Source: Patiria miniata
Taxonomy: Eukaryota
DNA length: 64,000 bases
NCBI RefSeq assembly: GCF_015706575.1
Contig: NW_024037061.1
Coordinates: 915,897 to 979,896, forward strand
Reading direction: 5' to 3'
Shown here in pieces: positions 1-10,507 of the stretch (position 1 is its first letter; every line of letters begins with the position of its first letter). Made by a program: the position numbers and the translations under genes. The notes beneath the pieces are model-generated. The model was not told the DNA's origin, did no database searches, and saw only the letters and a program-made list of their open reading frames with translations.

Positions 1-1060
1 TCCCAACAAATTAATATATGTAGGCCTATGGTATTCTCAGCGGATGGTAGATTTTGTAGTTATCGTCACATAATAATCATAATCTCGAGTATTCGAAACA
101 GAGAGATCATGCAAATTGTTGCATGCATAATAGCAAAAGAATCATACATTTCAAGAATAACGTCGCCAAATGAATGGTTAAAATGCCCCTATACCTGTAG
201 AGAGAAGTGGCACAAAATTAATTTTTAAAAAAATCAAAAGGCAAACTGGAATTTAACCACTTATTTTTTTCGTGTATTCCAATATGGCGGCTTTCAACAA
301 GTTAATACAAGTAGTATTATAATTGGTATACAATATGATTTCTTTATGACTTATATCATTGCCCTTGTATATATTGTTAGTTCACAATTCTTCACGAATT
401 TTCGCTAAGTAGTGGTGCTAATTGAATCCACTATAGTTTAAAAAGCCGTTTTATGGCTTAAGAATATTTTTGTCGCATTAATAGTTTTTAAAAATGCCCT
501 TGATTCTCCGTACATTTGTGATGGATGGGACTATAGTGGCAACGAATAAATAGAAAATCTAAGGGCAAACTTGAATGTAACCACATTATCAAAACAATTC
601 ACATATATACATCCCTATTTGAATTGTTTTCGTTTTGCTGAAAGAACACCTACCTTTTCTGTTATCCGCGGACAGAATTTAAAACGGTGGTTGTTTTTAG
701 AATTCCGTTACTTGAAAAGTACACAAGTGATTTGAATGATTCTTGTACGAAATAAAAGCTTATTAATTGGACTTTTATATCTTAGATTTTGAAAGTGCTA
801 CATGCAGAACTTCATTAAATAATTGGCCATGCCATTTGGGTTTCCTTTTTGTTTTTACTCACCCTGCATAAATGAAACAGAGTGATTTCTATATGGCTTA
901 TCGTAGCCCCTGTACATTGTAAGTTTCTTGGCGAAGTAGTAATACTTATTGAATCCTACATGGTGAGTAAAACCAAAAATTACCAACTTGAACAATATTT
1001 TATAAATATTTGGCTTACCTCATTTCACATCAAAACAAATAGGGATAAAGTACTACTTTG
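1..1060. repeat. Block of a local ~300-bp repeat family (units at ~1-260, 330-600, 880-1060); related copies at 9200-9700
   Basis: Shared segments such as gatttctttatggcttatc...agtggtgctaattgaatcc...aatgccc.t.attctccgtacatt...gcaaacttgaatgtaacc recur between the two regions. Confidence 0.6.
635..870. mobile_element. MITE copy (same family as 2525-2767), right TIR ...tactcaccctg
   Basis: ~85% similar to 2560-2767. It ends with the cagggtgag-type TIR complement. Confidence 0.5.
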
Positions 1061-2394
1061 TATTGACTTTTAACTGTGAAAATTTCACGTAATTTGCATA
1101 CTCTATTTCCAAGTTATGTCTATTTCAATTTAAAGATCCCAAAACTCGGGTGGAAAGCCGAGTGATCATTTACGTTCTACGAACCGAACCGATGAATGCC
1201 TATTGAGTTCAATGAAACGTGGACGCGTAATCTGTAATACTCATCCAGCTCAATAGGTTCTATAACAATTGGTTCTTTTAGTGAAACGTTCATAACTCCT
1301 GATAACATGGGTCAATTTCAGTAATTATTTTTTTTTGAGATGAGTGGAAGAAGATGTTCTTTCAGATAAACATTATTGGTGTTTCAAACTAGATTGCTTT
1401 TGAAGAAAATATTAATTAATTTGGGTAACTTTCTTTGTGACTCACCCTGTATTGATATTCACATCATCCAGCGATTCGATATTAGACAAAATACTGATAT
1501 GTTTGCCTGTCATTAAAGTCGGCCATTACAGCGCCGAATTCTGCTCATCAAAAATGACATGAAAAGTGCTATCTTTATCGATTATTTTAGGTCTAGATGA
1601 ATTAGAAATGAACAGTAGAATTAACAAGGTTTGAATGAGAAACCATCCATACTGTTTTCATAAAATAATTAGCAAAAGAAGGGGGAAGAAATAAGTAAAG
1701 TCTTGGCATTGCGTGTCATCAGGTACAAACGCAACCTAAAGTGCAAGTGTCATGAACCATTGATGACCCTATGCCTGTATATTTGTAAACACTGCAATTC
1801 CAAATAAAGACCATTACAAAGAGAGTTGGTTAATTATTAAGCCAAGTGCGTCAAGTTCAAAGTCTGAACCACACCATGATGGAGCACTACGTTCGTGATA
1901 TATTCACAGTTTATAATAGAACCCGTACCAGCAAGGAATATCTCTGAACGCAAAGGAACGACACGTAGGTTAGTAAACCTATACTCTGATGTACTTTGAT
2001 AGTTTGATCGGTTAAATCATGCGTTTTATGTTGTGACTTTCCACTATGTAGAACCAACAAATATCGTTTGATTTTTGATGTGTACATATTCGTTTTATTT
2101 TGTCTTAGCTTAACTCTTGATGATGTTTCTTCGCATCGAATAGAATCTATGAGCAATAATAGAACAAGTATTTATACTCAGAAATCCACGGATATTTGAT
2201 GTTTTGTTAAATCCATTTTTGGCCTGCTCACGAATGATCTCGTCTCTTTCTTGCTTATGAGTTCCCGTCACACATAATGTTTGTTATATATTTTTGAAGA
2301 CATTATCTGTTCATTTGCACACTTTTAATAACATTGATAAAACCCTGCCCAACATTGGTTTGAAATTATCTGAATCGCTGGGTACCGGTAACTC

Positions 2395-2845
2395 TATGGA
2401 TGGGACACCAGTCCATTGCAGGTTACTCCCATGTAATGACGGCATCCATTTATACTCCAGGGTGGAGAGAGGCTAGTGGGGGGTGAAGTATGCTCACCCA
2501 ATTAATGAGTAAGGACACAACATACAGGGTGAGTAAAAAAACCCGAAACCCAAACTTTTTGTGATCCGTGGACAGAACTTTTAAATGGTGGTTGTGTTCA
2601 AAATTCCGTAAGTTGAAAAGTACATCAGTGATTTGAATGATTTGTATACTAAAAGAAAGCTTATGAATTGGGCTTTCATATCCTAGATTTTGAAAGTGTT
2701 ATATGCAGAATTTCACTAAAACAATGGTCCCGACAATTGGGTTCCGTTTTTTTTTTTATTCACCCTGTATTGTCGGCGGCAGATTCGAACCCCTGACCCT
2801 CTGATAATCGGTCAACAACCTAACCACTAGACCACATCTCCTATC
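2395..2845 (-). mobile_element. tRNA-derived SINE (tRNA-like head with GGTTCGAATC T-loop at 2770-2845, body at 2395-2524), interrupted by a nested MITE
   Basis: It is collinear with the uninterrupted copy at 40860-41030. The head shows the tRNA-like boxes GTGGTCTAGTGGTTAGG and GGGGTTCGAATCTGCCGCCG on the minus strand. Confidence 0.6.
2525..2767. mobile_element. MITE with 17-bp TIRs (CAGGGTGAGTAAAAAAA / ...TTTTTTTTTATTCACCCTG) and TA target-site duplication, nested in the SINE
   Basis: The TIRs are visible. A TA dinucleotide flanks both ends (2523-2524 and 2768-2769). The SINE copy at 40860-41030 is uninterrupted at the same position. Confidence 0.65.
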
Positions 2846-2859
2846 CTTCCCTAAGAACC

Positions 2860-3090
2860 ATGCAAATAACCCAGGCCAACGGTCCGGCCAACGGAGTGGT
2901 CCAGCAGCAGAGCCCCGCCGTAGGCTACGGGCGCCGAGCCGCCAAGACACCCCATGGAGTGCCCTGTCTGCTTGTAGTCTCCATCTTCCACCTCGTTCTC
3001 GGAGTACTGAGCGTTGGACTCGGCGTCGCAGCAATCATCCTTCAGTGTGCGTTTTATGAGTCCGGGTGGGCGATCTGGAGTGGAACCCTG
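2860..3090 (+). CDS. MS4A/CD20-like tetraspan membrane protein, exon 1 (ATG at 2860; N-terminus plus TM1)
   Basis: ATG at 2860 in an aaccATGc context. The open frame runs to a GTAAGT donor at 3091. The hydrophobic stretch IFHLVLGVLSVGLGVAAIIL resembles CD20 TM1 (LFHIALGGLL). The exon ends in phase 0. Confidence 0.72.
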
Positions 3091-3426
3091 GTAAGTTTTT
3101 ACACAATGAAATCGTGAAAAAGTTCAAGATTTTAGTGGTTTATGTGTGGCACTAAAAGACAGGCACAACGTGGCCGCAATACAGAGCCCCCAAAGAGACA
3201 TTTAATTTTTAATAATTCCTACACATGTATTAAACACAAATGTTGAGTGACCCTTTAGGTCTGTACCATTGTAGGGTTTTAAATGCCAGTCGAACCACAT
3301 AAGCTAACTTTCAAAAAATCAGAGTGTTCATGCTATCAAGTTAGATTTACCATTAATGTGATGGCCCTTTTTTACACCCATTTTTATGCACAGTTATTTA
3401 AATTATTCTTCCTTCCAATTATTTAG

Positions 3427-3489
3427 TTTTTCGCTGTGACTGGTATCCTGGGCATCATCGCTGCGTGCATTAACAGGAACAAATGCTTG
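3427..3489 (+). CDS. MS4A/CD20-like protein, exon 2 (TM2)
   Basis: Acceptor ag at 3425-3426 and donor GTAAGA at 3490. It encodes FFAVTGILGIIAACINRNKCL, which resembles CD20 IISGSLLAATEKNSRKCL. Phase is 0-0. Confidence 0.72.
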
Positions 3490-3894
3490 GTAAGAATTTC
3501 CTGAACATGTTTTTTTTTAACCTTTGCTTCGGCTTCTGCTTCGGCATTGCATCCTACTTCTGAATCACTGAGAGGCAAACTGAACGAAAATATTCCAACT
3601 TCTGTCTTCATATCAACCGATTGAATGTTCCTGAAGCATAACAGGCACAAAAATGCAGCTGGAGTTCCAGAAGTTGGGGGCCTAAAATGTCATTATAAGC
3701 CGAAGACGAAGCCAAAGCCAGTCGTTTCGAAAACGCTCATAGACTTTTATTCTAGATGACTTCATAATTACGAAGATATTGTTAATTAGTACACCCCCCC
3801 CCCCCATTTTATCTGCCTAGCTAGTCTCCTTCTAGATACGTTTCTCGCTGTCTGGTTTTATTGACTGTTACCTATATATCAACACTGGTTTAGG

Positions 3895-3990
3895 CTGGTG
3901 AGGGCCGGGCAGTGCTATCACATAGGATTACCCCAATGAGTGGGCTAAATCCGGCCCATTATTTAAACCAGATGCATGAAAAGACTTCCA
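3895..3990 (-). repeat. Copy of an interspersed element carrying the motif gggtaatcctatacaatagcactgccc
   Basis: Reverse complement of the motif shared with 7650-7760, 15670-15830 and 44060-45120. Confidence 0.45.
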
Positions 3991-4461
3991 GTGAATAGCC
4001 ATTTTAAATCAATCACAGTCTCTTGAGACACTTGGTGGCAGCAAACACATACCGGTTCATGTTTGCATCCATTGCAACCTCGTTGCCATGGTGTCGAGCA
4101 CTAAGCTAGCACCACTACTTTACTATTGGAAACGCGGTTAAAATTAAAGTAAGCCCTGGAGACGAGGTTGCATCCATTAATCTCCATTTTTTGTGTCATG
4201 TTTAAGCTGATGTGCGCATGTTCAAAATGGACGCCAAGAACAGAAAAAAAGGATCGTTGCCTGTTTGCTGCCACCAAGCGTCTCAAAAGTCTCCCATTGA
4301 GGAAAAAAAACTTCTCAAGCTTAGCGTCACCAGTCTACCTATGTAGTCTTGTGATAAAAGGGCAATGCAGACCGAGTGGATTTTTTGTAATCGATTTTTT
4401 GTAGATCTTTTGTAATCGGCCATTTAATCGTATAGTTTTAATTATATCATCTTAAATGCAG

Positions 4462-4626
4462 ATAATCGCCTTCTTGGTCATGTCCATCCTGTCTTCGGTC
4501 GTTGCTGGTCTACTGTTGCTTGAAGCAGCTATCGGGGCAAGCTTGGAGATTCATGATCCTAGTTGCACGAAACAGTATTACTGGCACGACGGTCATTACG
4601 ACAGTGAATACTGCGTCTCTTCCTGG
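4462..4626 (+). CDS. MS4A/CD20-like protein, exon 3 (TM3 plus extracellular loop with 2 Cys)
   Basis: Acceptor aaatgcag| and donor GTAGGC. It encodes IIAFLVMSILSSVVAGLLLLEAAIG followed by a Cys-containing loop (PSCTKQYYWHDGHYDSEYC), as in the CD20 TM3-TM4 loop. Phase is 0-0. Confidence 0.72.
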
Positions 4627-4789
4627 GTAGGCATAATCAATCTTTTTTTAAATAATATTATTACTTTTTCTAAAATTAGGAGGCGGGGGGATCAAAGGTA
4701 TTTCAAATAAGTTCGAGTTAATTACAAGTCAATTAATTTCACATCGCTTTTGAGTCTTTGTTAGAATATAGTATCAGATTGCCATCTGG

Positions 4790-5045
4790 CTTGAGACCGG
4801 ATGGTTTCAGATAACTTGTGTCAAGCTGACTTACGATTGACCTGCAATCGATTTGTGATTGACTTGTGATGGATTGTGATGGATTTTTGATTGACTTGTG
4901 ATTGCCGTGTGATTGACTTGTGATCGACGAGGAACTGACTTGTGATATTCTTGTAATCGTCTTGTGATCGACCTGTGTTTGACTTGTGATTGATTTGTCT
5001 TTACTTGTGGTCAACTTGTGATTACTTGAAACGATTGCTTGCAAC
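4790..5045. repeat. Minisatellite (tgacttgtgat)n, ~10-11-bp unit, in an intron of the MS4A-like gene
   Basis: Direct tandem periodicity. The same motif forms a larger array at 39230-39890. Confidence 0.8.
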
Positions 5046-5224
5046 TAAACGCATCCGTTTCTGACCAACTTCTCCCAATAGACCTTTAATATGCGTAGCA
5101 GCCATCTCAGAGAGCAATGCCTTTGTTTTACTGGGATGTGCATGAGTGAACCCTTTGTGCATTCATTGTTACTGAACTAAAATAACAAAAGTTGCCCTCT
5201 TCACTGTTCTTCTTCACTGACCAG

Positions 5225-5353
5225 CAATCTCGCCTTGCCGTGGACGTTGTGATCGCAGTGGTTGCTTTGGCTGACCTTATCTTTAGCATCGTGGGTTCGG
5301 CGCTCTGTTGCTACGGCCTGGCCAAATTCGTGCCCACCAACACCTCCGCTACG
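5225..5353 (+). CDS. MS4A/CD20-like protein, exon 4 (TM4)
   Basis: A pyrimidine-rich tract then cag| at 5222-5224, and donor GTATGT at 5354. It encodes VDVVIAVVALADLIFSIVGSALCCYGL, a fourth TM helix. Phase is 0-0. Confidence 0.68.
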
Positions 5354-5467
5354 GTATGTACAACGATAACTAAAGACACATAGAACCATTTGCATTTATC
5401 CCCAAAATAACCTCCCTAATTATGAGTAAGATTTGAGGCTTTGCATGGTGGAGATACTTAATAATGT

Positions 5468-5664
5468 AAGGTTTGCGGAAACACCATGTGCGAATAATTT
5501 CTCAACTAAGTGAATGATTCTGAAAAGAACCGAAGGTTCGGAAAAGAACCAGAGGTTCTGAAAAGAACCAGAGGTATATACCAGAGGTTTATACCTCTGG
5601 TTCTTTTAGAACCATTCTCTTAGTTGAGAAATTATTCGCACATGGTGTTTCCGCAAACCTTTCT
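5468..5664. mobile_element. Palindromic MITE-like element: 43-bp perfect TIRs flanking a central hairpin (gaaccagaggtatataccagaggtttatacctctggttc)
   Basis: aaggtttgcggaaacaccatgtgcgaataatttctcaactaag at 5468-5510 is the exact reverse complement of 5622-5664. Confidence 0.6.
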
Positions 5665-6132
5665 TCCTAATTATTATCAAGCTGACTTGGATTAAAGATC
5701 GTAGTGGTACTAAACTCCCAGTGAAATTATTCCGTCTGGCTTACTCTCATGTAGCAGAAACATGAAACGTAGGTGATTTATAACTATCAGTCAAATGACG
5801 GATTTTGTTGGGAAAAAATGTAAAGACGACACAGTGGTTCGTAATCCGGCTGTGCATGGTTTTTCACTGTTTTCGCGAAAAGTGTAATATCCACCGAGCA
5901 AAGGGTTAGATCTTGAACATTCTTGTTCGGTTTTCGAGTGGTGTTATTATCGAAAAAGAACAAAATGCATGCAAAGTAAATGATCCCATCAGCCTTTAAT
6001 ATCATAATCTATTCTGTAAAGAAGTAGGCCCTATGGTTCTCAAATGAACCACTGGTAAGGAGTGTTCCCCACGCTCTGGGCAGATTTAATAGTCTGTCCG
6101 TTCTTTGGAGTAAAGAGTTGGCAACACCTTTG

Positions 6133-6857
6133 CAGGCGCGGTTCTACGGGGGGCTAGGGGGGGCTGTAGCCCCCCCAAAATTTTGTCTAGCCCCCCAAAA
6201 ATAAATTCCGTAAAAAAAAAATTGCATTAGCAAAAAGAAGGATTGCATGTGATGTACATGTGAACGGTCACCCCCTAAAGAAGAAATAGCCGTGACAAGG
6301 GTGCATTAGTTAATATAGTTCAAGGGCGGATCCAGGAGGGGGGGGGGGGGGCAAAGGGGGCCATGGCCCCCCCCAAAAAAAAACCACCGAAACCAATTAT
6401 CTTTTTTTTTATGTGACATCGCAATTAAGGCAGGCAATGAGTACACCACCATCTTTTCCTCAAAAACAATTGGTTAAAGTGGTCAGAAATTGCCTCAGAT
6501 CGCACCACAGAGCATGTAGAATCCAAAAATTGTTCGGGGCCCTTCAGCGGGCCCCGAACCCCACGCCGTAATTTTTTGGACCCACTTTTTGGGGGGACGA
6601 AAATTTGTTTTGGCCCCCACAAAAAATTGTGTTCTGGATCCGCCCTTGCTATAGTGTGAATGATTTTAGGATTTTATTGGCGCTCCCCATTGAAAATATG
6701 GCATGAGCCCCCCCCCCCCCCCCCACCACCTATTGATTTTCGGAGGCCTAAGTGTCTGGAAAAAATAACCGGTCAACATTTCAGCACGCTTCCCTAAAAA
6801 AAATTCTGGATTCACCGTGCTAGCCCCCCAAAAATATTGGCTCTAGAACCGCGCCTG
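6133..6857. mobile_element. hAT-like non-autonomous DNA transposon / MITE (14-bp TIR caggcgcggttcta, perfect 8-bp TSD cacctttg)
   Basis: The TIRs are at 6133-6146 and 6844-6857. An identical 8-mer cacctttg lies at 6125-6132 and 6858-6865. The interior is full of poly-G/poly-C tracts and sub-palindromes. Confidence 0.7.
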
Positions 6858-7162
6858 CACCTTTGTCAATACCGAGAACATTTCTCGTCACCGCTTCTTG
6901 GTCACAGTGTCCAAAAATGTTGTTGTGATCAATGGACCATTGTGCAGTGAGGCGTGAGGGAAATTAAATGAAACTCGCAGGGGTTTAGGCCAAGGATTAG
7001 GGGTATCTGCACAACTACAAATATCAAAATTTACTGCGTTTTTTGCAGATCTTTAAAAAACATTTAGACGGACACTTTTTTGGGGACATACTGTGACAGA
7101 AGTTCATTTTATTTCAGTACCAAATCTTTGAAATTAAGAGGTTTTGGTTGTATTTTTTATAG

Positions 7163-7307
7163 GAGATGCAGGTTCGTTACGTACCTCAACAACAGCAGCT
7201 GCGGCAGACTGTTACCCAGTTTGTTCCCGTCATAAACACCCAGCAGCCGCGGCAACAGCAACCGTATCAGATGCAAGCCGCACCAGCAGCAGCAACTCCC
7301 GTGCAAG
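7163..7307 (+). CDS. MS4A/CD20-like protein, exon 5 (Gln-rich cytoplasmic tail segment)
   Basis: Acceptor ttttttatag| and donor CAAG|GTACGA. It is Q-rich (VPQQQQLRQTVTQ...). The phase 0 start matches exon 4, and the phase 1 end matches exon 6. I could not exclude intervening exons in 5354-7162. Confidence 0.5.
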
Positions 7308-7649
7308 GTACGAAGAAGCCCGCCGGTGTATTTTGTTGCAGCATACATCTGCACCATATCTTGCGATCCATAGTTCATTACACTATCCACTAAGCCACTG
7401 TGGCATTTCTTTGAAATGCTTTAATGTACATGCATGACGCGGTAGCAATGGTGTGACGTCATTGTTATTTTCTTATGAATAAACATCGAACTAGCTGAAT
7501 AATCATGATCCATTGACGATGGGTGCTGCAGATAAAAACACCGCAGCCCACCGATGCTCGGTTTGAGCGTCTAGGAACAAGACCAGGCGAGCCTAGCATA
7601 AAAGCTGGTCCCAGAGGGAAAAACATTATAGTCAATTGATTCACTTGAA

Positions 7650-7760
7650 TTCTTTCCATGTATCCGATCTACACATTGGGCCGAATTTAGCCCATTGTTT
7701 GACAATATGGGTAATACTATACGACAGCACTGCCCGGTTTACAATATATCAGGGAGTCAG
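7650..7760 (+). repeat. Copy of the gggtaatcctatacaatagcactgccc element
   Basis: Sequence similarity to 15670-15830 and 44060-44230. Confidence 0.45.
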
Positions 7761-8173
7761 TTATTCATTCAGTCAATGCGATAGGTACAAAGCAGAACAA
7801 GGCGAACTTGAAATTGGGATTTCCGATAAAAGTGAAATAATTCTACTGCCTGTCCTTAAATGGCAGGAAAGCTATCTGACGTAAAGTTAAAAAAAAAATT
7901 ACAGTGAGTTTTCATTGAATCATCGCCTGATTGACATGGTATAATAATTATGAGACCATATTTGGAACAACTGAGGGCGCTTTGGGACGCTATTGTGGGG
8001 TCTAGACAGACGAGAATCCGAGGTTAATGCCGTAAATGTGCATGTGTCGCTGCAGCCCAAAATTGGCAAGTTAAAAATTTCTAACTTTGAGATTTAAGAA
8101 AAGTTGCTTAGCCGACTTGTTAATACCGTACAGTTGGTGTTTTTATTTTCAAGATATCAATTTATTCGCGCAG

Positions 8174-8961
8174 GTGGATTCTTAGTGAGTTCCCCGTATG
8201 TTGGTCAAGGCCTGGTTCCCACCCAGCAGGTCGGAGTAGCTACCCAGCAGATAGGTCTTCCTCAACAGCACTCTGGCAGAAGCACCCCACTCCTTGATGT
8301 CTCCCAGCAGCATTCGGGACGCAGCACTCCTCAACTGGTTTATGTCCAACAGCCTGCCGTTGTTCCTGTTGTTGTGCCTCCTCAGCCGAATTTGGTTCCT
8401 CAACTGCAAGTTGGTCTTCAGAGAGAGCAGGCGATTTTCCAGCAATCGGGGGTTCCTATCCAACAGGGAGGTGGTTCCCAACAGGTAGAGGTTGGTTCCC
8501 AACAAGTAGGGATCGATTCGCAGCTAGTGGGCATTGGTTTCCAACAAGAAGGGGTTGGTTCCGAACAGGTTGGCATTGGTTCCCAACAAGTTGGCATTGG
8601 TTCTGAGCAAGGAGGGTTTGGTACCCAACAAGATGGCATTGGTTCCTATCAAGGATCGTTTGGTTCCCAACAGGTTGGCACTGGTTCTCAACAAGTTGGC
8701 ATTGGTTCAGATCAAGGAGTGTTTGGTTCTCCTCAGGTGGGGATTGGTTTCCATCCGGTAGGAATCGGTTCTCCGCAGGTTGGAATCGGTTCCCCACAGG
8801 AGATGGCTTCCCAGCCAGCAGGGATGGCTGCTGATCCGCCGGCCACGCTCCATGGGTCTGATGAGAGGGAGACGGTTCAAGATCAGGAGATTGGTGAACT
8901 GCAAATGGGAGGAGACGAGCAGTACCGGGACGACAAGCTACTCCTTGTCGACACAGATTAG
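8174..8961 (+). CDS. MS4A/CD20-like protein, terminal exon: Gln/Gly-rich tail with ~16 heptad repeats (GSQQVGI), stop TAG at 8959-8961
   Basis: Acceptor ttattcgcgcag|. Joining g from exon 5 to GT here gives Gly and continues the 285-aa ORF at 8104-8961. It contains a 21-bp tandem coding repeat at 8440-8810. Confidence 0.55.
8440..8810 (+). repeat. 21-bp coding minisatellite (ggttcccaacaagttggcatt)n, ~17 copies, inside the terminal exon
   Basis: Imperfect 21-nt periodicity is visible in the sequence. It translates to GSQQVGI-type heptads. Confidence 0.8.
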
Positions 8962-9199
8962 ATTTTGGAGTAATCGAAGCAGATCAGACTCTATAGTAAT
9001 TGCAACTTATTAGATTATGTAGTCATCTGAAAAGAATTGGAATAGGCCTATAATTTGCAGTAATCGAAACTGATCGGAATATGCGGTAATCGCAACAGAT
9101 TATGTAGTTATCGCAAACGAACACATTATCGCAACAGAATGTAGTGATCGCAAAAGATCGGAATCTGTAATAATTGCAACAGACTAGAATGTACACGTA

Positions 9200-9700
9200 A
9201 TAAAAGCAGCGGATGGTAGATTCTGTCGTTATCAGGAAAAAAAAAAGAATGATTATAAACTCCAGTAAATCGAGATTGTGTAATATGATGAGACTCGTGT
9301 ATTGTATTCTGTGCCATTAAAAACCGTCATTAGGCTCAAGAATATTTTCGCCAAATTAATAGTTAAAAAATGCCCTTTATTCTCCGTACATTGATGATGA
9401 TAATAGTGGCATCGAGTAAAAATAAAGGCAAACTTGAATGTAACCTTATTATTTTGACAGAGATTTATAAGAATATTGCAGCTATAAGCTCACAGTGTCA
9501 TAGACGCATGGCGTCTATTTTATTTTTGACAGAGAGTGATTTCTTTATGGCTTATCATTATTTGTGTGTATATAAAATTGTCGTTTTAATTGTCTTCACA
9601 ATTGTTGACGAAGTTTAGCTTAGCAGTGGTGCTAATTGAATCCTATAGGTATTTTGCATCATCCAGCATCATTCAGCCATTTTTTGTGTTCCAAAAATTC
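9200..9700. repeat. Second block of the ~300-bp local repeat family (see 1-1060)
   Basis: High similarity to 40-100, 330-600 and 880-960. Confidence 0.6.
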
Positions 9701-10269
9701 TGCTTTTCAATTTGTTCTAAAAATTGCTATCTTTATAAATCATTTTAGGCCAGGATGAAACAGAAACTATAGAGTTTATAACATTTGAGAGGTAAGCTTT
9801 GCTGTTTATATAAAATTGATTAATCGTCTTGTTGATTATCGGTAAACAAGCAAGAAGTGGGGGGAATGACGGTCCCCTCCCCCCCCCCCCCTTGATGAGA
9901 TAATTTCAGAAATTGGTGACGGTTGGATTTTTTTTTTTTTTAGTGGGTGGAGCAAGGGGTGTACTGGGTCCGGATTGTTTCGACGATTGGGAGGATTATA
10001 ATGGGGAAAATTGTTTCATTTTAATATTGTGACAAAGAAAGGCTTTAAAAAACCTACAGCCTTGTGGCTCTTGGAAGGCAAAACAGCCGTTGTTGAGAAA
10101 AATCGATGAAGTTTGAATATTTGCCGTTTTTGCATGATGGGTCGAAACTGGGTGAAGCAATTATAGGTTGGATACATTTCTTCAAATAAAAGGATTACAA
10201 GTTTATGAAATATAATGATGTTTTGTGAATTCAAATTCTTCTTCACTCAAAAAGTTATTCAGCTTGCGT

Positions 10270-10490
10270 GCCGCAGTGCCATTTGTTTTTACAACACGAC
10301 GTTGGAGGGACTGGGAACTAGTCTCGAATGGAAACACGACGATGGAGGGACTGGAAACCAGCCTAGATCGGAGTCAGATTGTGCGAGAGTCGAACAAGTG
10401 AGGGCGCTCGTTGAAGGAGCGAATTACAGTTTTTTTCGAAGGCAGTTCGTTTGTGTTTGAAAGCGGTGAAGATTCGCTAATTTCATCAAC
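10270..10490 (+). promoter_or_regulatory. Putative promoter / 5'UTR region of the small basic-protein gene
   Basis: A CpG-containing segment lies immediately upstream of the ATG at 10491. It includes a tandem ~40-bp duplication (acacgacg[t/a]tggagggactgg...). No TATA box could be verified. Confidence 0.3.
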
Positions 10491-10507
10491 ATGGGAAGCA
10501 ATTCTAG
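10491..10507 (+). CDS. Ser/Lys-rich coiled-coil nuclear protein, exon 1 (ATG, MGSNS)
   Basis: ATG at 10491 in a Kozak-like tcaacATGg context. Donor AG|GTAAGT at 10508. It ends in phase 2, and AG plus the G of exon 2 gives Arg. Confidence 0.5.

Noticed and set aside
2756-3034. Minus-strand 92-aa Arg/Gly-rich ORF
   Set aside because: Antisense to exon 1 of the MS4A-like gene and partly inside the SINE. GC-rich antisense artefact.
8182-8904. Minus-strand ORFs (QCQLVGNQ... etc.) and alternative plus-frame ORFs in 8182-8904
   Set aside because: Alternative frames of the 21-bp coding repeat. The frame that chains with upstream exons is the 8174-8961 frame.
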